Below are positions 20,456 to 32,800 of a DNA stretch of 64,000 bases, in pieces. Position numbers and translations under genes: made by a program. Each line of letters starts with the position of its first letter. The stretch's first letter is position 1. Origin of the DNA: an uncultured Lachnospiraceae bacterium (GTDB lineage: Bacteria; Bacillota; Clostridia; Lachnospirales; Lachnospiraceae); NCBI GenBank assembly GCA_905233955.1, contig CAJOFQ010000006.1, positions 6,706 to 70,705 on the forward strand, given 5' to 3'. The notes beneath the pieces were generated by a model that saw nothing but the letters and a program-made list of their open reading frames with translations, made no database searches and was not told where the DNA came from.

Positions 20456-22690
20456 GTGTTTACAAGAAGTGTCTTTTGTCGTGTACTAATAATACTTTGT
20501 ATAATTATGATACTTTTTACCACGGCACTCACCACATTATCCTACCGCAGGATGCAGGCGGATACATATGTACACGACGGGGTACTTAATACAGTAAGCA
20601 CCGTAAGGAAGCTTAATTATTCATTGAGTTTTGGGAAGCCTCTGGACAAATATTACGGTCTTAAGGAACTTCTTGAAGAGGTAGAAGAGCTTTCCTGGGA
20701 TATCACAGGTGTTTGTATCACAGATCTTGAAGGAAATGTCATAGAAAGCACCGGTGAAGAGATCAGTGGTATCACATTACAAAATCCCGATAACGAGTAC
20801 CTGGTAAGAAGGGACGGAGTTTATGCCTTCGTCCCTTTTGATGCGGGTAATATCATAATCAAACAGAACATAAGTGTGATCAATGACCGGACAAGGGATT
20901 ATCTTAAATTTTTATGGGGCATTGATGCATTGATCCTGCTGGCGGTAATTGTGTCAGCACTGATTACATCCCTTGTCGCGTCCTCTAATGGCATATCATT
21001 AAAGCGTTTCAAAATAACAAGTATTCTGATACTGGTAACGGCGCAATCCCTCCTGGGTGTTTTGTCCATGCGCCATCTTGATAATTCCTATCAACAATCT
21101 ATAGCAAGGATTGCCGAGACTACCTCTCTTACCGTGGAGAGGGATATCAATGCAGTTATAGAAAAGGGTGTTCCTTATGGACAGCTTAAGGGTCTTGATG
21201 GCTATCTATCTAATCTGGTAGACGATATACCGGAGCTTTCCAATCTGTCGCTGGGAATGCAGACCCAGGCTACTCAAAATGACATGACAGGCTTTGATCT
21301 TGATATTGACGGTATGGACAGTGGTGCTGTCAGCCTTCTATGTTACTATGACAAAGAGCTTATACATTCACAGAGGATCAACAATATTATTGATATTCTT
21401 ATCCTTGTTTTGATAACTGTCTTTATAAGTCTGGAGGCGTCTACATTTCTGACCAGGCATATGGAAATGAAAAGTGAACGAAAAAAAGGTCAGCTTTATC
21501 TGCCCGGCTTTCGGCTTTTTGTCTTTATACAGGGAATTACATTTACATTGGATGTAGGCTTTTTCTCCGTCTTGAGTGCAAAGCTTTTTAGAGCGATGGA
21601 GCTGCCCCAGTCCATGTCTTTTTTAAGCGGTATGCCAAACACCATGTACTCGGTGGCTGTGCTCATAGGCCTACTGGGGTGCAGCTCTTTGATACGCCGT
21701 TTTGGTATGAAGCGAATGCTGATCTTCGGTATAGTAATGGGCATCGTTGGTTATGTGCTGTGTGCCCTTGCCGTCAACCTGTCGCTTTTGATAATGGCAC
21801 GCTTCGTCTATGGCTTCTGTGACGGTATCATAATCAATTCCATACGGCTTTATGCCTCGTCTCAATCTGACCCCAAGATGCATACCAGGATTCTGGTGGA
21901 ATACATGGCTGCCGCCAATCTTGGAGTAAGCTGCGGCGTAGTGATCGGAGGTCTGATAGCTGATGTGGCATCCTATACCTTTGTTTTTGTTACAGGTGCG
22001 CTGCTTGGTATAGTATGTCTCTTTCTCATATTGTTTGCAGGCTTCCCTGACAGGCAGGAGGATGGCGATAAGATGTCATTCCTTACGGCTCTTAAGGAAA
22101 TGAAAAAACCAAGGGTCGCGCTTTTTATGATTGCAGCAGTCATTCCTGTTTACATTGCCACATTGTTTGTTGCGTTTACCTTTCCGCTGTTTGGTGACGA
22201 AGCGGGCTTTTCCAATTCCATGGTCTCCGGTTGCCTGATGCTTAATTTTATTATAGTTGCTTATCTGACGGATCCCATCTCTGATTGGGTAATAAAGAGA
22301 GTCAGACCGGATATAGCTATGGGAATATATATGCTGCTTCAGACCGCCAGCATAGGTGTTTTTGTGTTATCAGGGAGCGTTTGGGCTGCTATACTGGCAC
22401 TTGTTCTGACAAGTCTGTGGGATTGCTTTGGCATGGTGGTAATGGACCTGGCACTTGATCATGTGGAGGGTACATCCACGGAAAAATGTACGCTCCTGCA
22501 AATGCTATTCGGAAAATTTGGTCTGGTCGTAGGACCGGTTGCCATCACTTCATGGCTGGGCAAGGGAGCAGCGGGCGCAACCGGCGTCATCGTTATAATA
22601 ATGCTGGTTGGAGCTCTAATATACGGAAGTTCCCTGGTATTCGGTTACCATTCACAGCTTCGTAAGCCGGATGAAGGAATTAAGGAGTAG
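20456..22690 (+). CDS. Fusion protein: N-terminal membrane-anchored extracytoplasmic sensor-like region (~330 aa) + C-terminal MFS transporter (~12 TM)
   Basis: GTG start 7 nt after GGGAGGAG, only 24 nt after the ftsH stop. TM1, then a ~125-aa loop with Cache/PDC-like character (..ITDLEGNVIESTGE..), then 2 TM, a second ~110-aa loop, then an MFS-like body. Confidence 0.75.
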   Translation: MFTRSVFCRVLIILCIIMILFTTALTTLSYRRMQADTYVHDGVLNTVSTVRKLNYSLSFGKPLDKYYGLKELLEEVEELSWDITGVCITDLEGNVIESTGEEISGITLQNPDNEYLVRRDGVYAFVPFDAGNIIIKQNISVINDRTRDYLKFLWGIDALILLAVIVSALITSLVASSNGISLKRFKITSILILVTAQSLLGVLSMRHLDNSYQQSIARIAETTSLTVERDINAVIEKGVPYGQLKGLDGYLSNLVDDIPELSNLSLGMQTQATQNDMTGFDLDIDGMDSGAVSLLCYYDKELIHSQRINNIIDILILVLITVFISLEASTFLTRHMEMKSERKKGQLYLPGFRLFVFIQGITFTLDVGFFSVLSAKLFRAMELPQSMSFLSGMPNTMYSVAVLIGLLGCSSLIRRFGMKRMLIFGIVMGIVGYVLCALAVNLSLLIMARFVYGFCDGIIINSIRLYASSQSDPKMHTRILVEYMAAANLGVSCGVVIGGLIADVASYTFVFVTGALLGIVCLFLILFAGFPDRQEDGDKMSFLTALKEMKKPRVALFMIAAVIPVYIATLFVAFTFPLFGDEAGFSNSMVSGCLMLNFIIVAYLTDPISDWVIKRVRPDIAMGIYMLLQTASIGVFVLSGSVWAAILALVLTSLWDCFGMVVMDLALDHVEGTSTEKCTLLQMLFGKFGLVVGPVAITSWLGKGAAGATGVIVIIMLVGALIYGSSLVFGYHSQLRKPDEGIKE

Positions 22691-22701
22691 ATGCAAAGAT
22701 T

Positions 22702-23874
22702 ATGAGAAAAAGATATACAATAATCGCAGCAGCCAGTGCGCTGTGTCTTATTATAACCATATCAGCCTGCGGTATCACATCTTTGGGTTTTGGCGGTACT
22801 AATGTTGTTAATGCCGCTCCATTGGTCAGGATCGGTTATGTCCAGACAAGAGAATACGGTCCCTTCACCCAGGTTCTTTTAGCTACAGCCAGAGAGTTAG
22901 TGGCTCAAGGCTGTCTTTCCAGGTCATTTTTGGATAAATATAAGGATGCTAATTTTGAAGAGCATTTCAGCGACGGAGATACAAAAAAGCTGTGGGATGA
23001 TATATGTGATGCGACGGTGGAAGGCGCTTCATACCAGTTTTCACCGGAGGCATTTTTTGATATGAATACCATGTCGGAGGATGAATACCCTTCAATGGTT
23101 AATCGCAGTGATGTGGATATTACTTTTACAATGGGGACAGACCCAAGTGTGTATTTTTTTGAAAATGAAAAGAAAAACAAATTCATGAGTCTTTATGCTG
23201 CGGATCCCATACAGTCCGGAATTGTAAAGAGTACGACTGAGCGTTATACGGATAATTCTTATGCACTTATGGATCTGACGCCCTATCTTCGACAGCTTGA
23301 TGCGGGCTATAAGTTTTTGAAATTTAAAAAACTTGGCGTAGTTTATGAAGATTCCCGGGCTGCCTATGATTATTCGGACATAAGGGAGATCGAGCAGAAA
23401 GCGAAGGAGCATGGATTTGAGGTGGTCTATGAGCATGTCAATGAGCCTGTGTCTGAAGATGATTTCGAACGCTATTACAGTGAATTAAAACAGGCCTATC
23501 GCAGTCTTGTGGACAAGGGGATTGACTGCCTTTATGTTACCATATCCTCTATCAATTATGAGGAAAAAATGCAGGAGCTTTTAGATGATGCGATCATTCC
23601 GGCAGGGGTTTATTCCCTGGCTCAGGATGATGTGGCTCCTGTGGCATATGGAGTTTTGTTCGGGATGAGCATAAGCGATGCCGAGGAAGTGGCTGCCTAT
23701 GTATTCAAACAGATCAGGCTGTATGCCGAAGATGGGGTACCCTTTGACGAGCTTGATATGGTATATGAGTGTACGCCTAAGATTGCACTGAATTATACTA
23801 CGGCACAAAGGGTAGGTTTCGACCTTACTTTTGAAGATCTTCAACTGGTGGACAGGATCTATAAGAATGAGTGA
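22702..23874 (+). CDS. Orphan SBP-like lipoprotein (distant ABC_sub_bind/PF04392-like fold)
   Basis: Signal peptide with lipobox ISAC. VRIGYVQTREYG.. and LKFKKLGVVYEDSRAAY.. resemble the two lobes of the SBP encoded at 13845. No adjacent ABC permease or ATPase. Confidence 0.55.
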   Translation: MRKRYTIIAAASALCLIITISACGITSLGFGGTNVVNAAPLVRIGYVQTREYGPFTQVLLATARELVAQGCLSRSFLDKYKDANFEEHFSDGDTKKLWDDICDATVEGASYQFSPEAFFDMNTMSEDEYPSMVNRSDVDITFTMGTDPSVYFFENEKKNKFMSLYAADPIQSGIVKSTTERYTDNSYALMDLTPYLRQLDAGYKFLKFKKLGVVYEDSRAAYDYSDIREIEQKAKEHGFEVVYEHVNEPVSEDDFERYYSELKQAYRSLVDKGIDCLYVTISSINYEEKMQELLDDAIIPAGVYSLAQDDVAPVAYGVLFGMSISDAEEVAAYVFKQIRLYAEDGVPFDELDMVYECTPKIALNYTTAQRVGFDLTFEDLQLVDRIYKNE

Positions 23875-26800
23875 GAGTAATAGAATGAAAATTAAAAAGA
23901 CTTTATATCCGGACCGTATTAGATCTGCCATAAAAAGCTTTGGCAAAAACCTGGCTTTATCCTTTGGGGACAGAAGATACAGCTATAACGATCTGGATAG
24001 TATTACGGGGCGATTGGCTGCGTATCTGATATCACAGGATATCGGCTGCGGGGATATCGTCTCTGTTCTTATATCCCGAAATGAATATATTACCATTGCG
24101 CCTCTTGGCATAATCCGCAGTGGTGCAGCATATCAGCCTCTTGATATCTCACATCCCACCGATCGTATCCGCAGTATGATTGAAAATGCCGGATCACAGA
24201 TTGTTATAGTGGAAAAAGAGTATGAGCATCTGTTGGATGATGTGAACTTTGGAACTGACAGAAAAAAGCTCTATATCGAAGATATACCGCTCCTGCCAGA
24301 GCCTGAAGAAGGTCCCTGGCCGTATGCCGATCCGGAGGATGACTTTGCAATATTGTACACCTCAGGTTCCACGGGAGAACCCAAAGGGATAGAGATAACA
24401 CATAGAAATATAATTAGCCTTCTGGACTGGTATATCGACTATTATGGTGTGGATGAAAACAGCCGGATAGGTCAGCATACCAGCTATGTTTTTGACCCTG
24501 CCATTGCGGAATCCATGCTGCCTCTGGCTGCAGGAGCTGCAATTTTTATTATTCCGGAGGAGATCCGGACGGATCTGTTTTTGCTGGATCGCTTTTATAA
24601 TGAAAACAAAATAACCCACGCATCACTGACGACCCAGCTGGGGCGTCAGTTTGCCATGCATATGGAGGGAAGAACCCTTAAGCATCTTGTGGTAGGCGGA
24701 GAGGCATTAATGTCTGTTGCGCCTCCAAAGAATTACACCCTCCACAACGGTTATGGTCCTGCAGAAGGAACCTTACTGATTACCATATTTGCTGTTTTGA
24801 AGGAATATCCCAACAAGGTTCCTCTGGGCAGCCCTCTTCCAGAGGTTAAGATCTATCTTTTAGATGAGAAGGGCAGACAGGTTTCTGACGGCCAGCCGGG
24901 AGAGCTGTGCTTTGCAGGAGCTCATGTTACAAAGGGCTATCTGAACCGCCCGGATCTTACCGCAAAGGTTTATACCGTCAACCCATTTTCTGACGATCCC
25001 GAATACAGCAGGCTGTATCATACGGGGGATCTGGTAAAAAAGGACGCAGATGGATACTACGAATATCTGGGAAGGATCGACCGGCAGGTTAAGATCCGTG
25101 GATTTCGTATCGAGCCAGCCGAGATAGAGGCTATTCTCAAAGGCTGTGAAGGCATAGATGACGCAGTTGTGGTTCCCCTGGATATGGGAAATGAAAAAAT
25201 GCTGGCGGCCTATTATCTTTCAAATGCTTCAGTGGATGAGAAACTGCTGTCGGATCTGATATTGTCCCAAAAGCCATCCTACATGCTGCCTTCGTTTTTC
25301 ATACATATGGATTCTTTTCCGCTTACCATTAACGGGAAAATAGATTATAACGCTCTGCCAGGACCCATGCGCGAAGCAACCAGCCAATACGAGGAGCCAA
25401 AAAGTGATACTGAAAGGGTTTTGGCCGGGCTGTACCGCGATATATTGGGCATAGAACATGTTGGACGGCAGGATAATTTTCTGCACCTTGGCGGTACATC
25501 CATGTCGTCGGCGATACTTTTATATAATATTTTCGATGCCTTTTCCTGCCGGATCGGTATAAGGGATATAATGGAGCATCCCGTACTTTATGATCTGGCA
25601 GACAGGATCGATGAGAAGCTTTTGTCAAAGGAGACTGATAATATCAGCTTCGAACAAAAATTACTGCCCTTGCAGGCTGAGTACGATGTAAGCTATTCGC
25701 AAAATCGTATGTTTACCGCCCAGGAGCTTTTGGGTTATGACGATCCTACATATCTTTTGCGACTAAAAATATCTATAGATGGCGCATTTGACAAATCAAG
25801 GATACAGAATACGATAAAGGCTTTAATTCTGCGTCATGAAAGCTTAAGGACAGAATTTTTCATTTCACAAGACAGCTTAAAGCAAATTATAGTAAAGCCC
25901 ACAGAAGCATGGCTTAATGACGCGGTTATTAGAACCGAAGACAGGGACCTTTTCCCTGGATTTTCTATGGAGGAAGCACCACTTTTTGCATGGAGCGCAT
26001 CTGAAAATGAGATTGAATTTCAGTGGCACCATATCATAAGCGATGGAGTCAGCAGTTCGCTTTTTGCACAGGAATTTATTGAGGCTTATAACGGTAATAC
26101 CCTCCCGCCCCTTAGGGTTCATCAAAAAGAATACGCCGAATACGAAAAACAATACATGGCTTCCCCGCTATATAAAAAGAGCCTGGATAGCTGGAGAAAT
26201 TATTCTTCCGATCATGTTGATGCAGAAGAAATCAAGCTGCCCCAGGATAATACATTTTTACCGGGGATGGAGCGTATAGCAGGCCATTTTAAGAGTGTTC
26301 TTCCAAAATCGCTTTCCGAAGAGATCAATATTTTTTGCCATGAAAAAAACATAACGGTATATATGTTTTTGCTTTCTGTTTTTTCCATACTGCTTCACAG
26401 GTATACCCGGATGGAGAAGTTGATACTTGGAACGGTTATGGATGGCAGAAATGAACCCGGTACTGATAAGCTGCAGGGTATGTTTGTAAATACGCTGCCC
26501 TTATTTATTACAGTAAGTGATGATTATTCCATATCAGATTTTTACAGTAAGATTTCTGAGATTGTACTTTTTTCCATGGAGAATCAGTCCGTACCATTGG
26601 AGGAAATTGCAGACGCTTTTTCCAGAATGGGAGGATACCAAAGGACTTCCCGTGGGAGCTTATTATTTGATTATTTATTCGTACTTCAGAATTTTAAGAA
26701 CCAGGTTGAGGATATTGACGGATGTGAAGTAAGCCTGGAATATGGTGACGGCGGCAGAGCGATGTACGATCTGACCCTTGAAATGGAGGAAATGGAGGAT

Positions 26801-29800
26801 GGATTCCACTGTGATTTTGAATATTGCAGGGGGTTGTTTTCTGAGGAAAGTATCCGAGTATTTGCTCATCATTTTGATGTGCTGCTTTTAAATTGCCTAA
26901 GTTCAAGTGACAAACAGACTATAGGCTCTCTATCTGTCATTGATGAAAATGAACAAAAAAAGCTGCTCTATGATTTTCAGGGAGTGCCCTTGGATGAAAG
27001 AGCTTTGGTATATACAGTAGTTGATCTTTTGAGGGATCGTGCAAGAGAAAATCCAGACAGCACTGCTGTGGTTTTTTGTGATGAAGCTCTGTCCTACAGG
27101 GGATTGTGGGACAAATCAGGTTTACTTGCCAATAAGTTAAATCAATTATTTGACCAAAATACAGAAAATCATGCAGTCATTTTCGCAAATCGGGGAATAT
27201 CCATGATTACCACAATATGGGCTGTACTTCGGGCAGGGGGAGCGTATGTCCCGGTGTCGCCGGAGTATCCTGATGAGCGGATAAGCTACATACTTGATGA
27301 CTGTGATGCTGTATGTGTTATAGAGTGTGACGCTAAGGTACCTGATGCCGTAAGAGAACTTTTGTCACAGAGGAATATTCCTGTAATCTCAGGGAACGAC
27401 TTAGGTGATACAGTTGAGTTTCATGATGGCTTGCAACATGAGGTGCAAATACATGAAAATAAGCTTCCGGGCTATCAAATACATGGCTCAAACGCTTCAG
27501 GGATAATGCTTCAAAAGGACTCCGAGGCTTATATGATATATACCTCCGGAACTACCGGAGAGCCTAAGGGAGTTGTAGTAAGTCATGGCAACCTTTCAGC
27601 CCTGCTTTTTGCCTACAATGATATATACAAACTGACACCACAGGATGCTGTGCTGCAATTTGCGGATTTTGTTTTTGATCAATCCGTATGGGAGATCTTC
27701 CACATTCTGACAGTTGGCGGAACACTTTGCATGATTACTTCCGATATGGCCCGTGATCCGCAAAAGCTGTCTTATTATTGTAATAAAAATCATGTCACGG
27801 TATCCATGCAGACACCGGGTTTTTTGCGGCTTTTAGACCCTGATGAATTCAAGGGTATAAGGCTTGTAGATGTGGGTGGAGAGGCTCCTGATTATAAGCT
27901 TCTTAAGGCGTGGTCAAAGGGCAGAACCGTTTTAAACACCTATGGCCCCACTGAGACTACGGTAAATGCCGCAAGCTATATCTTCAGTGAAAATGGCAGG
28001 CAATTAACGGCTGAAAAAGACAATGTTCCCATAGGAAAACCGATTGACGGAACACGCATTTATATTTTAGACGGGGATCGGCTGTGCGGCATTGGTATGC
28101 CGGGAGAGCTGTGTATTGCCGGTGCCCAGGTGACCCTGGGATATTACAATAGACCACAGCTTACCGGGGAGAAATTTGTTAAAGATCCGTTTTTTGACGG
28201 AGCAATGTACAGGAGCGGTGATCTGGCAAGGTACCTTCCTGATGGAAATATCGAATTTTCAGGCCGCATAGACGATCAGATCAAACTTCGGGGATACAGG
28301 ATAGAGCTGGGGGAAATTGAATCCGCCATTAGAAGGGTTCCCGGAATAAAGGATGCCGTTTGTACCCTGCAGGATACCGGTGATAATAAGACCCTGTGCG
28401 GGTATTATATTTTAAATGATACAGATACTGCTGTTACGGAGGATGAGCTTCGACAGCTTTTATCGGAGCAGCTGCCCTCATACATGGTTCCGGTTCATTT
28501 GATGCCCCTTTTGGAATTTCCACTTACAGTATCCGGCAAGATTAATAAAAGGGCTCTGCCAAAATTCGATATGGTCTGGCAGGATGGTGACGAGGGTGCC
28601 AAAACCGATATAGAAAGAGACCTTGCGGATGCCTTTGCTGCTGTACTGCAGCTTGAGCGGGTAAGTGTTACTGCGGATTTTATAGCACTTGGAGGCGATT
28701 CCATTAAAGCGATTCGTATAGTCTCGCTGCTCAGGGAAAAGGGCTACCATCTTAGTGCAGGTCATCTCCTGAAAAACAGTACAATAAGGTCAATTGCACC
28801 TCTTTTAAAAAAGACGGAGGGCATTTCCTATAAAGAGTTTGACCATGTATCGCCCACTCCGGTAATGAAGCTGTTTTTTGCTGCCGATATGCCAAATTCC
28901 CATTGGTATAATCAGTCAGTTATGCTTTTGATGAAAAATTATCCGGGCGAGAATGCCCTTAATAATGCCTTATCCGATCTGATCAGTGCTCATGGATGCT
29001 TAAGGATGATACGGAAGGATGGGGGTATTGTAATAAGGGATATTTCCAAAATGCCAAGTGTCAAGCTTGCTGTCTTCGAAAATTGCACTAAGAGCAAAAG
29101 AGAGGATATCTGCACCCGTTTACAATCCTCTATGGATCCGGACAACGGCATTGTAATGCAGGCAGCCATATTTAAAAATGACAATGAACACAGACTGTTT
29201 CTGGCCTTTCACCACCTTGTTATAGACGAGGTGTCATGGGGGATAATTCTGGAGGATCTTGACAGGCTTTTAAACCACGAAGCTTTGTATGACAGGACAA
29301 TATCATTTGGTGAATGGTCAAAAAAGCTTTGGTCCTATTCTAAGTCAGATGATTTTCTTTCTGAGAAGGCTTACTGGATGAGACAGTACAAAGAGCTAAA
29401 AAAACATGACAAGGACATACAAAGCTGGCTTTCATCTTATGAAGACTTAAATACTCAAAAAACCGGTTTTTCATCCTTATCTCTGTCGGTTTCAGATGAT
29501 ATGGCGCAAAAGCTTTCTTCAATTGCAGCATTAAAATATCAGTCCGGTATGGACGCTTTTTTGCTTGCAGTTTTGATACATACGATTAAATTACACGACA
29601 ATATTTCTTCAATTTCTATTCAGATGGAAAGTCATGGAAGGGGCAATATTGGCGATGTGCATTGCGATCGTACAGTGGGCTGGTTTACTGCTTTGTATCC
29701 GGTTTTGTTTGATGTGGCGGATACATTTGACGAGCAGATCGTTGTTGTAAAAAAAGCTCTTTTGGATGTACCAAACTACGGAATCGGATACGGATTGTTA

Positions 29801-32800
29801 TACGATGATCTGTTTCGGCAGGGTGGTATTGTATTTAACTATCTGGGTAATGAAAGAAAAAATACCTATGATAATTTTGGATTTGCAGGGGAGAGCAGCG
29901 GACTTGATATGGATGCCGCCAATGGTGATCCATATACCATTTCCATAGACATCCGTCAGGATGAGCAGGGACTTTTCATAGATGCCTGGTATGACAATGC
30001 TTTTGACGGCGTAGAGATCAAAGGACTTTTGAACTTCTATAAGTCAAAGCTTGAGGAAATATCAGAGCTTGTTCCTGACAAAAATAAGATCTATGCTCCC
30101 AATGATCTTTGTGCGGACTCCGGGATGTCACTTTCGGACTGGTACAAATTGACACAGAGGTTTTTGCCGGAAAGTGTTATGGCAATCGCCCGTCTTACAC
30201 CGCTGCAGCAGGGGATGCTCTACAGATATATCGCCGAGCCGGAGGGCAGGGCGTATTTCCTGCAGGATAAGCTTACGATATCAGGCGTATTGCAAAAAGA
30301 AAAGCTTAAAGCTGCACTTAAATTATTGTCTTTAAGATACGACGCGTTAAGAACAGTTTTTTTATACGACAATCTGGATGAACCCTGGCAGATAATATTA
30401 AAGGAACGCACTCCGGAATTTGTGGATATGTCAGATTTAGCTTTTTCTGATGTGCTTGCAATTGACGGGAAAAGAGGTTTTTCCCTGACAAAAGATCCGC
30501 TTATGCGCTTAACAGTCTGCAAACAGAAAAATGGTTCAGCAGAGATTTTGATCTCCATGCACCATATGATAACGGATGGCTGGAGTTTTCCGATTTTAAC
30601 CCGCAAGCTGATGGAATATTACAGGGATCTGTGCAGCGGTGCGGATGAGAGTATCATTGCCGGGCAGGTAAAAAAAGAGGCAGCAGATAACTGTTCCTTT
30701 ACAGATTATCTGAGATATTGCGCAGGATTAAACAGACCCAAAATCACGAAAAAATGGGTAGAATATCTGCAGGGAGCAGATGAAGGCGCGGCTCCTTATG
30801 TTTTTGATCCAGATAATAGTGATACTTTTATTTTCGCAGGGCGAAGCTTTCGTATCAGCAGGGAAATGGAAGATCGTATCAGGGCGTACACAGTCCAAAA
30901 TCATATTACCACAAGCAGCTTTTTCGGAGCGCTTTGGGGAATATTGCTGGGTTTTGAAAGCGGTGTGGAAAATGTAGTTTTTGCAGAGACTCTTTCAGGG
31001 CGCAATGCGGATATTGCCGGAATTGAGTCGGCGGTTGGAATATTCATACATACTATTCCTGTTTGCATCAGGCTAAGGGACAGTAAAACTGTGCTTGATC
31101 TCATGAAAAAAAGGCAGGAGGACTACATATCCATGCAGCCCTATGAGAATGCTGCCTTAAGTGAGATCGGCGCTGCAACAGGCTTTGGTTCTGCGCTGAT
31201 AAGGTCGTTATATGTATACGAGAATTATCCGGTGGAGGATGAAGCTGATTGGTATCATATAAATGGAATTCATGAGGAAGTGGATTACGCGATTACCTTC
31301 TGTGTGGAGGAAACAGATGGTATATCTTTGAATCTGCTGTTTGATGAGAATAAATATCACAGAGATTATATCGGACTTTTGATGGACAGGCTGATATATC
31401 TGGCACATCAGGTTCTGACGGATGAAGCCGTTACTGTTTTTTCCCTTGATCGTATTACACCAGAGGAGCAGAAACTAACGCTTTTAAATCTGGCAGGGGA
31501 GAATATGGATTTTCCGAAAAAATCCTTCCCCGAAATGTTTTTTGACCAGGCAAAAGACGACCCATCCAGGAGCGCTCTTTTGATGGATGGAAAAACCATA
31601 AGCTACGGCAAGCTCTTGAATGCTTCATGCGGACTGGCAAAAGAGATTGGACCAGGGGAAGAGAGATTTATTGCTGTAATGGCTGACAGAGGTTTTGAAC
31701 TTATAGCAAGCCTCATTGGAACGATGCTGGCAGGAGCAGCTTATGTGCCGTTGGATCCTGATTATCCTGTAGAGAGAATCAGGTATATACTTAATGACTG
31801 TGTTCCTACTTGTGTGCTTTATTATGTTAAGGAAGAACAGCCTGATGTCAGAAATTTGTTTGAGGAATATGATATTCCTGTTATTTCCACACCCATTGAT
31901 ACATTTGAATCCAAAGATCATACCTTTAAGCCAGGACAAAAGCTTATGTGTCGTCTGGCATATATGATCTATACATCAGGGACTACCGGCGAACCTAAGG
32001 GCGTTGAGATTGAACACTGCTCCCTGTCGGATATGATCTATGCCCATGAGGTTCGTTTTGGCAGCTTGTATAATGATACGGTTCTTTTTATGTCAAATTT
32101 TGTTTTTGACGCGTCTGTGCAGCAGATATTTACGCCTCTTGCCCAAGGCGGCAGAGTATGTATCATAACAAAAGAAAGGATGAACTCGTCAAAGGAGATC
32201 GCCCAATATTGCAGGGACAACAATGTTACCTTTATTGGTGCGACTAATGCGCTGCTTAGAATACTTTCCCCGGCGGATTTTGATGGTATCAGGGTTCTAA
32301 GCATCGGAGGTGATGAGGCGGATCCTGGGCTGTTTGAAAAATGGTCTCATTATTCTAAGCTTATTATCAATGACTACGGGCCCACAGAAGCTACCATACA
32401 TGCCATTTCCCATGCTTATACATCCGGGGAGAAAAGGCCTGTGCCTCTGGGAAAACCCTATCCAAATAAGCGGATATATATTATGCAGGGTGACAAGCTG
32501 TGCGGTATAGGGCAGCAGGGGGAGATCTGTATAGGTGGAAAGGGTTTGGCCAGAGGATATCACGGCAGACCGGAGCTTACAGACAGGCATTTTGGACCGG
32601 ATCCCTATTCTGATGGCAGGATATATCGTACAGGGGATCTGGGATTGTATCGCCCGGATGGGCAGGTGTTATTCAAGGGCAGAAATGATTCTCAGGTCAA
32701 GATCCGGGGATTTAGAATAGAATTACAGGAGATTGACAGCTGCCTTATGTCCTATGACGGAATAAAAGATGCTGTGACGATATGCAGGCAGGAAAAGAGC

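Noticed and set aside
23831-23866. ORF-track start of the NRPS at 23831
   Set aside because: It would overlap the upstream gene by 44 nt. ATG 23867 (overlapping the upstream stop) or ATG 23885 are more plausible, and the A-domain homology starts downstream of both.
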